Positions 1 through 9,844 of a stretch of DNA of 64,000 bases are shown piece by piece. Made by a program: the position numbers and the translations under genes. How positions within the stretch are numbered: position 1 is the first letter of the stretch; every line of letters starts with the position of its first letter. This DNA comes from an uncultured Eubacteriales bacterium (GTDB taxonomy: Bacteria; Bacillota; Clostridia; Oscillospirales; Acutalibacteraceae): contig CAKSPZ010000003.1 of NCBI GenBank assembly GCA_934486635.1, forward strand, positions 117,987 through 181,986. Reading direction: 5' to 3'. Under the pieces are notes generated by a model. It did no database searches. It worked only from the letters and a program-made list of their open reading frames with translations, and had not been told where the DNA came from.

Positions 1-1185
1 GATAAATTCCGAAGCTCCCATTACATAACTACCAAAACCATCAATATATACGCCAGACCATTTTTTTTCTGATGAAAAAGGAACTATTTCAGTTGCTTTT
101 TTATTTATAGAATCGTTTTTATCTATAAAATTTTTTATGGCATAGTATGTTGGATTAGTATCCTCAGTATTATTAACTATAAATGATAAATATTTTTTCA
201 TTTCATCTTCAGCGTAATTTTCGCAAGGGACTAACGAGTCAACTTCCATTGTACCTTGAGTAATGGTTCCTGTTTTATCAAGACAAAGAGTATCGACCCT
301 TGCTAAAGTTTCAATACAATATAATTCTTGAACTAAAACTTTTTGTTTTGATAATCTTACAACACTTACTGCTAATACTGTGCTTGTTAAAAGAACAAGA
401 CCTTCTGGAATCATACCAATTAAAGCTGCAGTTGTATTTATAATAGAATTCTCAAGGTTATTATGATTTAATTGGTGAGTGAATAGAAAAAAGCCAATTG
501 GAATTATTAAAATAGAAAGTATTAAAATAATTTTATTAAATGCAGATAAAATTTGTGAGTTTATTTTCTTTACGTATTTTGCATCTTTTGAAATTTTAAA
601 TGCATAATTTTCTTTACCTACGTTTTCAACTCTAGCTTTACATTTACCGCTTACTATATAGCTGCCTGATAATAATAAATCTCCTTGACCTTTTGATATA
701 GAATCTGATTCACCGGTTAATAAAGATTCGTTTACTTCACAATTACCATTTAATATTTTACAGTCTGTTGGTACTTGTATTCCTTGATTTAATTCTAAAA
801 TATCGTCAAGGACAATATCGTTAATTCCAATTTTTTTTATATTTCCATCTCTTATAACATTTATTTTTGAGAGGGAAAGTATAGAAAGTTTGTTAACAGC
901 TTTTTTGGCACGAATTTCTTGATACGTACTGATAATAAGATTAGAAATGACTACACCCATAAATAAAAGATTTTTAAAAGAACCAACATAAATAATTGCT
1001 AAAGCTAAAACAAAATTTATTAAATTAAAGAGTGTAAATAAATTTCCTCTGATTATTTGTGGCAAAGTTTTAGTGGGAATAGATACGTCTAAATTCATGA
1101 GATTTTCTTTTTCTCTTTTTAAAACTTGAGAAGAAGAAAGTCCCAAAGAAGGATCCGGATTGTACCTTGTTATGGGGCCTTTCAT
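1..1185 (-). CDS. Cation-translocating P-type (E1-E2) ATPase, N-terminal ~395 codons; the C-terminal part lies beyond the window edge
   Basis: Manual minus-strand translation from ATG at 1185 (GGAGG just upstream): MKGPITRYNPDPSLGLSSSQVLKREKENL... It contains the actuator motif LLTGESDS and the phosphorylation motif CLDKTGTITQG (about nt 260-300). It is not in the ORF track because there is no in-window stop. Confidence 0.85.
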   Translation of the reverse strand, partial: MKGPITRYNPDPSLGLSSSQVLKREKENLMNLDVSIPTKTLPQIIRGNLFTLFNLINFVLALAIIYVGSFKNLLFMGVVISNLIISTYQEIRAKKAVNKLSILSLSKINVIRDGNIKKIGINDIVLDDILELNQGIQVPTDCKILNGNCEVNESLLTGESDSISKGQGDLLLSGSYIVSGKCKARVENVGKENYAFKISKDAKYVKKINSQILSAFNKIILILSILIIPIGFFLFTHQLNHNNLENSIINTTAALIGMIPEGLVLLTSTVLAVSVVRLSKQKVLVQELYCIETLARVDTLCLDKTGTITQGTMEVDSLVPCENYAEDEMKKYLSFIVNNTEDTNPTYYAIKNFIDKNDSINKKATEIVPFSSEKKWSGVYIDGFGSYVMGASEFI

Positions 1186-1285
1186 AAAAATACCTCCATT
1201 AATATTAGTATTTTATACCATTATATATGCATATAAATTTAAAGTCAATTAGTCTTTAACATGTGCAAAAATAGGAGTGATTATT

Positions 1286-1579
1286 ATGAGATGTCGAGTA
1301 ATAGATATGCGCAGCAAGGAAGTAATAAATATAAAAACAGGTTGTAGAATAGGATGTGTAAGTGACGTAGAAATAGATACAAAGGAAGCAAGAGTCCTTT
1401 CAATAATTATATACGGTAGATTAAGGTGCTGTGGACTTTTGGGACGAGAAGATGATATTATAATAAAATGGGATGACATAGAAATAATAGGTGAAGATAT
1501 AATATTAGTAAAACATAATGTTGGACCAGTAAGAAAAAAAAGAAGATTTCCAGAGTTTAGAAAATTTTTAAAAACGTAA
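1286..1579 (+). CDS. YlmC/YmxH family sporulation protein (PRC-barrel)
   Basis: Small protein MRCRVIDMRSKEVINIKTGCRIGCVSDVEIDTKEARVLSIIIYG... matches the YlmC/YmxH pattern. ATG at 1286 lies 8 nt after AGGAG. The track start at 1277 is an upstream GTG. Confidence 0.75.
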   Translation: MRCRVIDMRSKEVINIKTGCRIGCVSDVEIDTKEARVLSIIIYGRLRCCGLLGREDDIIIKWDDIEIIGEDIILVKHNVGPVRKKRRFPEFRKFLKT

Positions 1580-1588
1580 AAAATATTC

Positions 1589-1617
1589 TTGTCAAAATAT
1601 TATTATTGTGTTATAAT
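1589..1617 (+). promoter_or_regulatory. Sigma-A type promoter upstream of rpsB (TTGTCA-17-TATAAT with TGn extended -10)
   Basis: TTGTCA at 1589-1594, TG at 1609-1610, TATAAT at 1612-1617, about 100 nt upstream of the rpsB start. Confidence 0.55.
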
Positions 1618-1715
1618 AACTAGCGAAAACACACGCCATTACTTTTTTCTTGGTGCCATTTATGGTTTTTCGGGTATTTAAGTGTGGCGGAGGTAAAACC
1701 AAGGAGGATTATAAA

Positions 1716-2474
1716 ATGTCAGTTATATCTATGAAACAACTTTTAGAAGCAGGTGTTCATTTTGGTCACCAAACAAGAAGATGGAACCCTAAAATGGCAG
1801 AGTACATCTTTACAGAAAGAAATGGTATTTATATCATTGACCTTCAAAAAACAGTAAAAAAATTAGAAGAAGCTTATGATTTTATTCGCGATATTACAGA
1901 ACAAGGTAAGTCAGTTCTTTTTGTTGGAACTAAAAAACAAGCTCAAGATTCTGTAAAAGAAGAAGCAATTCGTTGCGGAGCTTATTATGTTAATGCTCGT
2001 TGGTTAGGCGGTATGCTTACAAACTTCTCAACTATACGTCGTAGAATAAGCCGCTTAAAACAATTAAGAGAAATGCAAGAAAACGGAACTTTTGATTTAT
2101 TACCTAAGAAAGAAGTAATTAAATTAAATTTGGAAATAGATAAGCTTGAAAAATTCTTAGGCGGAATAAAGGATATGAAAGATATCCCAGGAGCATTATT
2201 TATTGTGGATCCTCGTAAAGAAAAAATTGCAGTGGCAGAAGCTAAAAAATTAGGTATTCCTGTGATTGCTATTGTTGATACAAACTGTGACCCTGATGAT
2301 GTTGACTATGTTATTCCTGGCAATGATGATGCTATTAGAGCAGTTAAATTATTAGCAGGTGTTATGGCTAATGGAATAATAGAAGGAAAAGAAGGAAGAA
2401 TGGGTGCAGCAGCTGTTGAGTCTGAAGAAGAAATAGCAGAAGAAAATGTAGAACAAGCAGTTGTAGCTGAATAA
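1716..2474 (+). CDS. rpsB: 30S ribosomal protein S2
   Basis: [27 protein letters not shown]... is the canonical S2 N-terminus. AAGGAGG lies 7 nt upstream of ATG 1716. The track ORF start at 1650 is an upstream extension. Confidence 0.97.
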   Translation: MSVISMKQLLEAGVHFGHQTRRWNPKMAEYIFTERNGIYIIDLQKTVKKLEEAYDFIRDITEQGKSVLFVGTKKQAQDSVKEEAIRCGAYYVNARWLGGMLTNFSTIRRRISRLKQLREMQENGTFDLLPKKEVIKLNLEIDKLEKFLGGIKDMKDIPGALFIVDPRKEKIAVAEAKKLGIPVIAIVDTNCDPDDVDYVIPGNDDAIRAVKLLAGVMANGIIEGKEGRMGAAAVESEEEIAEENVEQAVVAE

Positions 2475-2573
2475 TTTGTAAATTTATATGGGAGACGGCT
2501 TGGTCCGTCTCTTGTTGTGAAATAAGGTTTAATGATTGATAAAATAAATAATAAAACAGTGGAGGTAACAACT

Positions 2574-3488
2574 ATGGCTTTTACAGCTAGTGATGTTAAG
2601 ACATTAAGAGAAAAAACAGGTTGCGGTATGATGGACTGTAAAAAAGCACTTACAGAATCTAATGGGGATATGGAAAAAGCTATTGACTTTCTAAGAGAAA
2701 AAGGATTAGCTGCTGCAACTAAAAAATCAGGACGTATAGCAGCTGAAGGTGTTGCTTTTGCATGTACTAATGAAGCAAGCAATGTTGGCGTTGTAATAGA
2801 AATAAATGCAGAAACAGACTTTGTTGCTAAAAATGCAGATTTCTTAGCTTTTGTTCAGACATGCGCTGATACCGTAATGAATAACAATCCGGCAACTTTA
2901 GAAGAGTTGATGAATTGTAAAGCTAGCGGCAGTGACTTAACTGTAGAAGAATTAGTAAGAGAAAAAATCCTTACAATAGGTGAAAATATAAAGATTCGTA
3001 GATTTAAAAGATTTGAGGGTGTAGTTACAACCTATAATCATGCAGCAGGTAGGATAGGTGTTATGGTTAAATTTAATACAACTCCAGAAATTGCTGCTAA
3101 AGAAGAATTTAAAGTATTTGCAAAAGATATAGCTATGCAAGTGGCTGCTGTAAATCCAAGTTTCTTAAATAGTGAATCTGTTCCTGCAGAGACTTTAGAG
3201 CATGAAAAGAAAATTCTTACAGAACAAGTTCTAAATGAAGGTAAGCCTGCTAACATTGCAGAAAAAATTGTAATGGGAAAAATAAGCAAGTATTATAAAG
3301 AAAATTGTTTAGTTGATCAAATATTTGTAAAAGATTCTAATTTAACTGTAAAACAATATACAAAAGAAACATCAGATAAATTAGGAGCAGCTATAGAAAT
3401 AGTTGATTTCGTTCGTTTTGAAAAAGGCGAAGGACTTGAAAAAAGAGAAGATAATTTTGCAGATGAAGTAGCAAGCATGGTAAAATAA
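2574..3488 (+). CDS. tsf: Translation elongation factor Ts
   Basis: MAFTASDVKTLREKTGCGMMDCKKAL... is the EF-Ts UBA-like N-terminus. GGAGG precedes ATG 2574. Conserved rpsB-tsf synteny. Confidence 0.96.
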   Translation: MAFTASDVKTLREKTGCGMMDCKKALTESNGDMEKAIDFLREKGLAAATKKSGRIAAEGVAFACTNEASNVGVVIEINAETDFVAKNADFLAFVQTCADTVMNNNPATLEELMNCKASGSDLTVEELVREKILTIGENIKIRRFKRFEGVVTTYNHAAGRIGVMVKFNTTPEIAAKEEFKVFAKDIAMQVAAVNPSFLNSESVPAETLEHEKKILTEQVLNEGKPANIAEKIVMGKISKYYKENCLVDQIFVKDSNLTVKQYTKETSDKLGAAIEIVDFVRFEKGEGLEKREDNFADEVASMVK

Positions 3489-3518
3489 TTTGATTTTACA
3501 ATTGTAAAGTGTTTTTTA

Positions 3519-3550
3519 TAGGGCGTAGTATATACCTGCGTCCTATTTTA
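3519..3550 (+). terminator. Rho-independent terminator after tsf
   Basis: 10-bp stem TAGGGCGTAG / CTGCGTCCTA (two G-U pairs), 7-nt loop, followed by TTTTA. Confidence 0.55.
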
Positions 3551-3625
3551 ATGCGTATGTGTACCTTTACATAATTTAAATATTATTGTAAAATAATATA
3601 AAATCAACTGTAGGAGTGGGTATTA

Positions 3626-4330
3626 TTGGAACCAAAATATAAGAGAGTGCTATTGAAGCTAAGTGGAGAAGCATTGGCAGGTAAAGAAAAACATGGAATA
3701 GATTTTGACACAGTTATGGCTATTTGTGAACCTATAAAAAAATGCGTAGATATGGGTGTACAAATTGGAGTAGTTGTAGGTGGAGGAAATTTTTGGCGCG
3801 GTCGTAGCAGTGGCAAAATGGATAGAACAAGAGCAGATCATATGGGAATGTTGGCCACAGTTATAAATGCTTTAGGTGTAGCTGATGCATTGGAACACTT
3901 AGGTGTAGATGTAAGAGTACAAACAGCAATATCTATGCAACAAGTAGCAGAACCTTACATTAGAAATAGAGCAGTAAGACATCTTGAAAAAGGTAGAGTA
4001 GTGGTATTTGGTTGTGGCACAGGAAATCCTTTCTTTTCAACTGATACAGCAGCCTCATTACGTGCGGCAGAAATAGATGCAGATGTTATATTAAAAGCAA
4101 CAATGGTTGATGGGGTATATGATAAAGATCCAAAGAAAAATAGTGATGCTAAAAAATATGATTCTCTTAGTTATTCAGAAGTTTTAAATAAAAACTTAGC
4201 TGTCATGGATAGTACTGCAGCGTCTATGTGTAAGGATAATAATATTCCACTTTTGGTTTTTAATATAGATAACCCTCAAAATATATATGATGCAATTATG
4301 GGTAAAATTATTGGAACCACAGTAATATAA
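3626..4330 (+). CDS. pyrH: UMP kinase
   Basis: TTG start. [13 protein letters not shown] and [10 protein letters not shown] motifs of the amino-acid-kinase-fold UMP kinases. tsf-pyrH-frr synteny. Confidence 0.95.
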   Translation: MEPKYKRVLLKLSGEALAGKEKHGIDFDTVMAICEPIKKCVDMGVQIGVVVGGGNFWRGRSSGKMDRTRADHMGMLATVINALGVADALEHLGVDVRVQTAISMQQVAEPYIRNRAVRHLEKGRVVVFGCGTGNPFFSTDTAASLRAAEIDADVILKATMVDGVYDKDPKKNSDAKKYDSLSYSEVLNKNLAVMDSTAASMCKDNNIPLLVFNIDNPQNIYDAIMGKIIGTTVI

Positions 4331-4354
4331 ATACTATATAAAGGAGTTTAGGTT

Positions 4355-4909
4355 ATGGAACAAGTTTTTAAAAAGACAGAAGCAAGTATGCAAAAATCTT
4401 TAGATGTACTATCAAAAGAATATATAGCAATAAGAGCAGGAAGAGCTAACCCAGCTGTTTTAGATAAAATAATGGTTGATTATTATGGTGCTGCTACACC
4501 TATTAATCAATTAGCAGCAGTGTCTGTAGCAGAAGCTAGAACATTAGTTATTCAACCATGGGATACATCTGTTTTAAAAGAAATAGAAAAAGCAATACAA
4601 ACATCAGACCTTGGAATAAATCCTCAAAATGATGGAAAAATTATAAGACTAATTTTCCCAGCTCTTACAGAAGATAGAAGACGTGAAATTGCTAAAGAAA
4701 TAGCAAAAATGGGTGAAGATGCTAAGGTATCACTTAGAACCATACGTCGTGATGCTATAGACAAGTTAAAAAAGATGAAGAAAGAATCTGAAATAACAGA
4801 AGACGATTTAAAGCAATCAGAAAAACATATTCAAGAAATTACTGATAAATTTTGTAAGGAAGCAGATAGTTTATCAAATTCTAAACAAAAAGAAATAATG
4901 GAGATATAG
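4355..4909 (+). CDS. frr: Ribosome recycling factor
   Basis: 184 aa. AIRAGRANPAVLD..., LGINPQNDG and IRRDA patterns typical of RRF. AAGGAG RBS. Confidence 0.95.
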   Translation: MEQVFKKTEASMQKSLDVLSKEYIAIRAGRANPAVLDKIMVDYYGAATPINQLAAVSVAEARTLVIQPWDTSVLKEIEKAIQTSDLGINPQNDGKIIRLIFPALTEDRRREIAKEIAKMGEDAKVSLRTIRRDAIDKLKKMKKESEITEDDLKQSEKHIQEITDKFCKEADSLSNSKQKEIMEI

Positions 4910-4949
4910 TAAATTATTTATAAAATTGTGATTGGTGTGATTTTTTAGC

Positions 4950-5690
4950 ATGTTATGGATAAAGAAAAAAAAGCAAACAAATGAATTAGTGAAACAATTA
5001 CCAACTCATATTGGAATTATAATGGATGGTAATGGAAGATGGGCGAAAAAGAGAGGATTACCAAGATCTGCCGGTCATAAAGAGGGAGCTAATACTTTTA
5101 GGAAAATTACAAAATATTGTAACAAAATAGGAATAAAATATTTAACAGTATATGCTTTTTCTACCGAAAATTGGAAAAGGCCTAAAGAAGAAGTAGACTT
5201 TTTAATGAAACTTTTTGAGCAATATTTAAAAGAAGCACTGGAGGATTTTACTGAGGAAAATATAAAGGTTGTATTTTTAGGAAACAAAAATGCTTTTTCC
5301 GAAAAATTACAAAAACTTATATGTGAAGTAGAGGAATCTTCAAAAAATAAAACAGGAATGGTTCTTAATATTGCTATGAATTATGGTGGGAGAGACGAAA
5401 TAACTAAAGCTGTAAGGGAATTAGCCATTGATGTAAAAGATGGAAAAATTAATCCTGATGAAATAACTGCGAATGATATTTCCGATAAGCTTTATACAAG
5501 TGGGCAACCAGATCCAGATTTAATAATTAGACCAAGTGGAGAATATAGGTTATCTAATTTTTTACTTTGGCAAAGCGCGTACTCTGAATATGTTTTTATG
5601 AATATTATGTGGCCTGATTTTAGTGAAAAAGACCTAGAAAAAGCCTTAGAAGAATATTCATCTAGAAATAGACGTTTTGGGGGGATATAA
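4950..5690 (+). CDS. uppS: Isoprenyl transferase (undecaprenyl diphosphate synthase)
   Basis: HIGIIMDGNGRWA and RLSNFLLWQSAYSE cis-prenyltransferase motifs. Position between frr and cdsA. Confidence 0.93.
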   Translation: MLWIKKKKQTNELVKQLPTHIGIIMDGNGRWAKKRGLPRSAGHKEGANTFRKITKYCNKIGIKYLTVYAFSTENWKRPKEEVDFLMKLFEQYLKEALEDFTEENIKVVFLGNKNAFSEKLQKLICEVEESSKNKTGMVLNIAMNYGGRDEITKAVRELAIDVKDGKINPDEITANDISDKLYTSGQPDPDLIIRPSGEYRLSNFLLWQSAYSEYVFMNIMWPDFSEKDLEKALEEYSSRNRRFGGI

Positions 5691-6515
5691 ATGGTCACCA
5701 GAACAATTTCGGGTGTTTTAGGTGGTTTAATTGTTATTTTTGTTCTTATTTTTAATAATAGTTTGCCTATTTTATTAAACTTAGCAGTATCGGTTGTAAG
5801 TATTTTTGCTACATATGAAATATTTTTTGCAATGGGTTTAAATAAAATGTACAAAGTTACAATCCCAAGCATGATTTTTTCCGCAATGTTACCAATTCTA
5901 GGAGATAGCTTATTATGGCAGGGAATGTTATTTGTATATACATTTTTTATATTTGGTATACTACTTTTAACAGAAAAAAAATTATGTTTTAAAGATATTG
6001 CAGCTATATATAGTATGGTTTTATTGATAACTGTTTCACTAAGTTTTATAGTTAAGTTAAGAGACTTTGGTGGAATATTTAGCAGCTTTTATGTTTTATA
6101 CGCACTTTGCATATCTTGGATGTGTGACATAGGTGCATATTTTTCAGGAACACTCTTAGGAAAACGAAAATTATGTCCTGATATTAGTCCTAAAAAAACC
6201 GTAGAAGGAGTAATAGGCGGAATATCTTTTTCAGTTTTTATAAGTATACTAATAAGCTTTTTATTTGAGCGATTTATGTTCGACTCGGGTATAAGAGTAA
6301 ATTATCACTATATAATCCCAATATCAATTATCGGTGCAATTATTTCTATAATTGGTGACTTAGTATTTTCATCAGTAAAAAGAGGCTGCCATATAAAAGA
6401 TTTCGGAAGCGTTATTCCTGGTCATGGTGGATTTTTAGATAGGTTTGATAGTGTAGTTTTTGTCGTACCTTTTGTTTATTTCATAGTGAATAGTTTTAAT
6501 ATTATAAAAATGTAA
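5691..6515 (+). CDS. cdsA: Phosphatidate cytidylyltransferase
   Basis: Polytopic membrane protein with the CDS signature GDLVFSSVKRGCHIKDFGSVIPGHGGFLDRFDS. Confidence 0.92.
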   Translation: MVTRTISGVLGGLIVIFVLIFNNSLPILLNLAVSVVSIFATYEIFFAMGLNKMYKVTIPSMIFSAMLPILGDSLLWQGMLFVYTFFIFGILLLTEKKLCFKDIAAIYSMVLLITVSLSFIVKLRDFGGIFSSFYVLYALCISWMCDIGAYFSGTLLGKRKLCPDISPKKTVEGVIGGISFSVFISILISFLFERFMFDSGIRVNYHYIIPISIIGAIISIIGDLVFSSVKRGCHIKDFGSVIPGHGGFLDRFDSVVFVVPFVYFIVNSFNIIKM

Positions 6516-6537
6516 ACTGAATTTTGTGAGGAAAATA

Positions 6538-7686
6538 ATGGTTAATAAAATTTCAATATTAGGGTCAACCGGCTCTATAGGAACAAAAGCTTTAAAAATC
6601 TCAAATGATTTGGGTATAGAAGTTGAAGGCCTGTCAGTTTTTAGTAATATTGATTTACTCGAAAGTCAAATATCAAAATTCAAGCCAAAGGTTGTATCAG
6701 TATTCGATAAAAAAGCAGCGGCAGAATTAAAATCCAGATTAAAAGGAAGCAAAACAACAGTGCTTAGTGGAATAGAAGGTTTGTGTGAAGTATCTTCACT
6801 TAGTAATGTTGATATGGTTTTAAACTCAGTTAGTGGAATGATAGGATTAAAACCAACGCTTTGTGCTATAGATAATAAAAAAAGAATTGCTCTTGCTAAT
6901 AAGGAAACCTTGGTAGTTGGAGGTTCATTGGTCATAGAAAAAGCTAAAGAAAAAGGTGTGGATATTTTACCAGTAGATAGCGAGCATTCTGCTATTTTTC
7001 AATGCTTACAAGGATGCAAAAGTAAAAAATCTTTAAAAAAATTAATATTAACTGCTTCTGGAGGGCCTTTCTTTGGAAAAGACATTAATTATTTAAAAAC
7101 CGTTACTAAAGAAGAAGCTTTAAACCATCCTAATTGGAGTATGGGTGCTAAAATTACCGTGGATTCTGCCACTATGATGAATAAAGGTCTTGAAGTCATT
7201 GAAGCTGCATGGTTGTTTGATATGTCTGTTGACAATATAGATGTTATTATCCATAGAGAAAGTATAGTTCATTCTATGATAGAATATGTTGATAACTCGG
7301 TTATAGCTCAGTTGGGAGTCCCAGATATGGGTTTACCAATACAATATGCGTTTACTTATCCAGAAAGATTGCCTTGTATGGTGGATACGCTAAATTTATT
7401 AAAGCTAGGAAAGCTATCATTTAACGAGCCCGACAATAATGTTTTTAAAGGAATAGAAATATGCAAGGCAGCTTTAAAAAAAGGTGGAACTATGCCAGCA
7501 ATAGTAAACGGTGCGAATGAAGAAGCAGTTAATTTGTTTTTAAAAGATAAGATTACATTTTTAGAAATTACTAATATTGTAAAAGAAGCCATGGATAATT
7601 TAGAAAGTAAAGATATAAAGTCTTTAGATGATATATTAAAAGCAGATGAAAGAGCAAGAAATTTTGTTAGATCAAAAGTTTTTTAG
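6538..7686 (+). CDS. dxr: 1-deoxy-D-xylulose 5-phosphate reductoisomerase
   Basis: ILGSTGSIGT NADPH-binding N-terminus, VDSEHSAIFQC, NHPNWSMG. ATG 6538 is better spaced from the GAGG RBS than the track GTG at 6526. Confidence 0.95.
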   Translation: MVNKISILGSTGSIGTKALKISNDLGIEVEGLSVFSNIDLLESQISKFKPKVVSVFDKKAAAELKSRLKGSKTTVLSGIEGLCEVSSLSNVDMVLNSVSGMIGLKPTLCAIDNKKRIALANKETLVVGGSLVIEKAKEKGVDILPVDSEHSAIFQCLQGCKSKKSLKKLILTASGGPFFGKDINYLKTVTKEEALNHPNWSMGAKITVDSATMMNKGLEVIEAAWLFDMSVDNIDVIIHRESIVHSMIEYVDNSVIAQLGVPDMGLPIQYAFTYPERLPCMVDTLNLLKLGKLSFNEPDNNVFKGIEICKAALKKGGTMPAIVNGANEEAVNLFLKDKITFLEITNIVKEAMDNLESKDIKSLDDILKADERARNFVRSKVF

Positions 7687-7701
7687 ATAGGGGAATAAAT
7701 T

Positions 7702-8760
7702 ATGTTTATTGGTATATTATTGGTAATAATATCGGTACTTTTATTTTCACTAGTTATATTCATACATGAATTAGGACATTTTATTACAGCAAAATTATCT
7801 GGTGTTAAAGTGAATGAGTTTGCAATAGGAATGGGTCCTGCAATATTTAAAATTCAAAAAAAAGAAACTCTTTACGCAATAAGGTTGTTTCCTATTGGCG
7901 GATATTGTTCAATGGAAGGCGAGGATAGTGAAAGTAATAACACAGATTCTTTTTCACAAAAATCTGTATATAAGAGAATTTTAATTGTAGCAGCTGGAGC
8001 TATAATGAATATAGTTTTGGCATTTGTGTTTATGATATTAATTTTATCTCAGCAAGAACAATTTGCTTCAACAACGATAAGTAAATTTTCAGAAAATGCA
8101 GTAACTAACCAATGTGGGTTACAAGTTGGAGACACCATAAAATATATAGACGGTTATCATATTTGTACCTATACGGATATTGGTTTTATGCTTGCTATAA
8201 ATACAGATTTGAAATCCAACATAGTTGTGGATAGAAATGGTAAAGAAATTGAACTTAATAATGTCCAATTTGCCTCTAAAGAAAATAATGATGGAAAAAC
8301 AATTTTAGTAAAAGATTTTTATGTAATGCCTATGGAAAAAAATATAGGAACAATTATTACACAAACTTTTAAAGAAATGAGTTCGAACATTAGAATTACT
8401 TATGCAACTATAATAGGCATGGTGACAGGAAAACTCAGCTTTAATGAAGTTTCTGGACCGGTAGGAATTGTTACAATAATTTCAAATGCCGCTTCTGAGG
8501 GGTTAAAAGTAAACTTTTTAACTGCTTTAAATAATATAATCATGATTATGATGATTTTATCAATTAATCTTGGTTTGTTTAATCTATTACCTATACCAGC
8601 ATTAGATGGAGGAAGACTAGTATTTTTAATAATTGAAGCAATAAAAGGAAGTCCTGTAAATCCTAAGTATGAAGGTTTAATTCATACAGTTGGATTCATA
8701 ATTTTAATGCTTATTTTATTGGCAGTATCAATAAATGATATTATAAAGTTATTTTCCTAG
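7702..8760 (+). CDS. rseP: RIP metalloprotease RseP/RasP (site-2 protease)
   Basis: HELGHF zinc motif in TM1, central PDZ-like segment, C-terminal NLLPIPALDGG motif. Confidence 0.92.
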   Translation: MFIGILLVIISVLLFSLVIFIHELGHFITAKLSGVKVNEFAIGMGPAIFKIQKKETLYAIRLFPIGGYCSMEGEDSESNNTDSFSQKSVYKRILIVAAGAIMNIVLAFVFMILILSQQEQFASTTISKFSENAVTNQCGLQVGDTIKYIDGYHICTYTDIGFMLAINTDLKSNIVVDRNGKEIELNNVQFASKENNDGKTILVKDFYVMPMEKNIGTIITQTFKEMSSNIRITYATIIGMVTGKLSFNEVSGPVGIVTIISNAASEGLKVNFLTALNNIIMIMMILSINLGLFNLLPIPALDGGRLVFLIIEAIKGSPVNPKYEGLIHTVGFIILMLILLAVSINDIIKLFS

Positions 8761-8778
8761 AAGGGGATGACAAGTTAA

Positions 8779-9825
8779 ATGCGAAAAAAAACTAAGGTTA
8801 TATCAATTGGTGGGAAAAAAATTGGTGGAAATGAAAAAATTGCTATTCAATCCATGCTTAATGTGCCGTCAAATGATGTAGAAAAAAATATAGAAGAAGC
8901 AGAAAAATTAAAAAGAGCTGGATGTGATATTTTAAGAATAGCAATTCCAGATATGCAGTCGATAAAACTTATTTCAGCAATAAAAGAAAAAGTAGATATT
9001 CCTTTAGTTGCAGATATACATTTTGATTATAAATTGGCATTAGAGGCTGTTTCGGCAGGAATTGATAAGATAAGAATAAATCCTGGAAATATAGGAGATG
9101 AGTCAAGAATAAAGCAAGTTACAAGGGCATGTAATTTGAACGGGGTACCTATAAGGATAGGCGTTAATTCTGGTTCACTTGAAAAAGATATATTAAAAAA
9201 ATATGGGCATCCTACAGCCGAAGCTTTATGCGATAGTGCTGTTTATCATGTTTCGTTACTTGAAAAGTTTGACTTTAATAATATAGTATTATCTTTAAAA
9301 TCTTCTAATGTAAAAATGATGGTAGATGCCTATAAATTAATATCAAATAAAACAGACTATCCTTTACATTTGGGGGTAACAGAAGCAGGAACCCCTAAAA
9401 TGGGAATAATAAAATCCTCTATAGGAATAGGTTCTTTATTGCTAGAAGGAATAGGCGATACTATAAGAGTATCTTTAACAGCTGATCCTATAGAAGAAAT
9501 CTATACGGCTAAAAACATTTTAAAAGCAGTTGGTATCAAAGAAAAAGGGATAGAATTTGTATCTTGCCCTACTTGTGGAAGAACAAAAATAAATATTATA
9601 AATATAGCGAATAAAGTAGAGACCAAACTACAAAATTGTAATAAAAATATAAAAGTAGCAATAATGGGTTGTGCCGTAAATGGACCAGGTGAGGCACGAG
9701 AAGCTGATATAGGAATTGCTGGTGGTGATGGAGTTGGTCTTATATTTAAAAAAGGTGAAATAATTCGTAAAGTAAAAGAAGAAAAACTTGTAGATGAATT
9801 AATGAAAGAAGTAGAAAATTTATAA
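8779..9825 (+). CDS. ispG: 4-hydroxy-3-methylbut-2-en-1-yl diphosphate synthase (flavodoxin)
   Basis: IAIQSM, RINPGNIG, CPTCGR and GCAVNGPGEA (4Fe-4S ligands) motifs. Confidence 0.95.
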   Translation: MRKKTKVISIGGKKIGGNEKIAIQSMLNVPSNDVEKNIEEAEKLKRAGCDILRIAIPDMQSIKLISAIKEKVDIPLVADIHFDYKLALEAVSAGIDKIRINPGNIGDESRIKQVTRACNLNGVPIRIGVNSGSLEKDILKKYGHPTAEALCDSAVYHVSLLEKFDFNNIVLSLKSSNVKMMVDAYKLISNKTDYPLHLGVTEAGTPKMGIIKSSIGIGSLLLEGIGDTIRVSLTADPIEEIYTAKNILKAVGIKEKGIEFVSCPTCGRTKINIINIANKVETKLQNCNKNIKVAIMGCAVNGPGEAREADIGIAGGDGVGLIFKKGEIIRKVKEEKLVDELMKEVENL

Positions 9826-9844
9826 GCTAAGAGGTAAAAGTATT

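Noticed and set aside
1650-1715. N-terminal extensions proposed by the ORF track for rpsB. The same applies to tsf (2532), spoIVB (16232), gerAB (21019), plsX (54400), rnc (53353), the GT2 gene (33571) and infC (61228).
   Set aside because: In each case an internal start has a well-spaced Shine-Dalgarno sequence and matches the conserved family N-terminus. The extensions cover leader or RBS sequence.
2306-2782. 158-aa minus-strand ORF spanning the rpsB-tsf junction
   Set aside because: It is antisense to two ribosomal/translation genes and crosses their intergenic hairpin, so it is a spurious long ORF.
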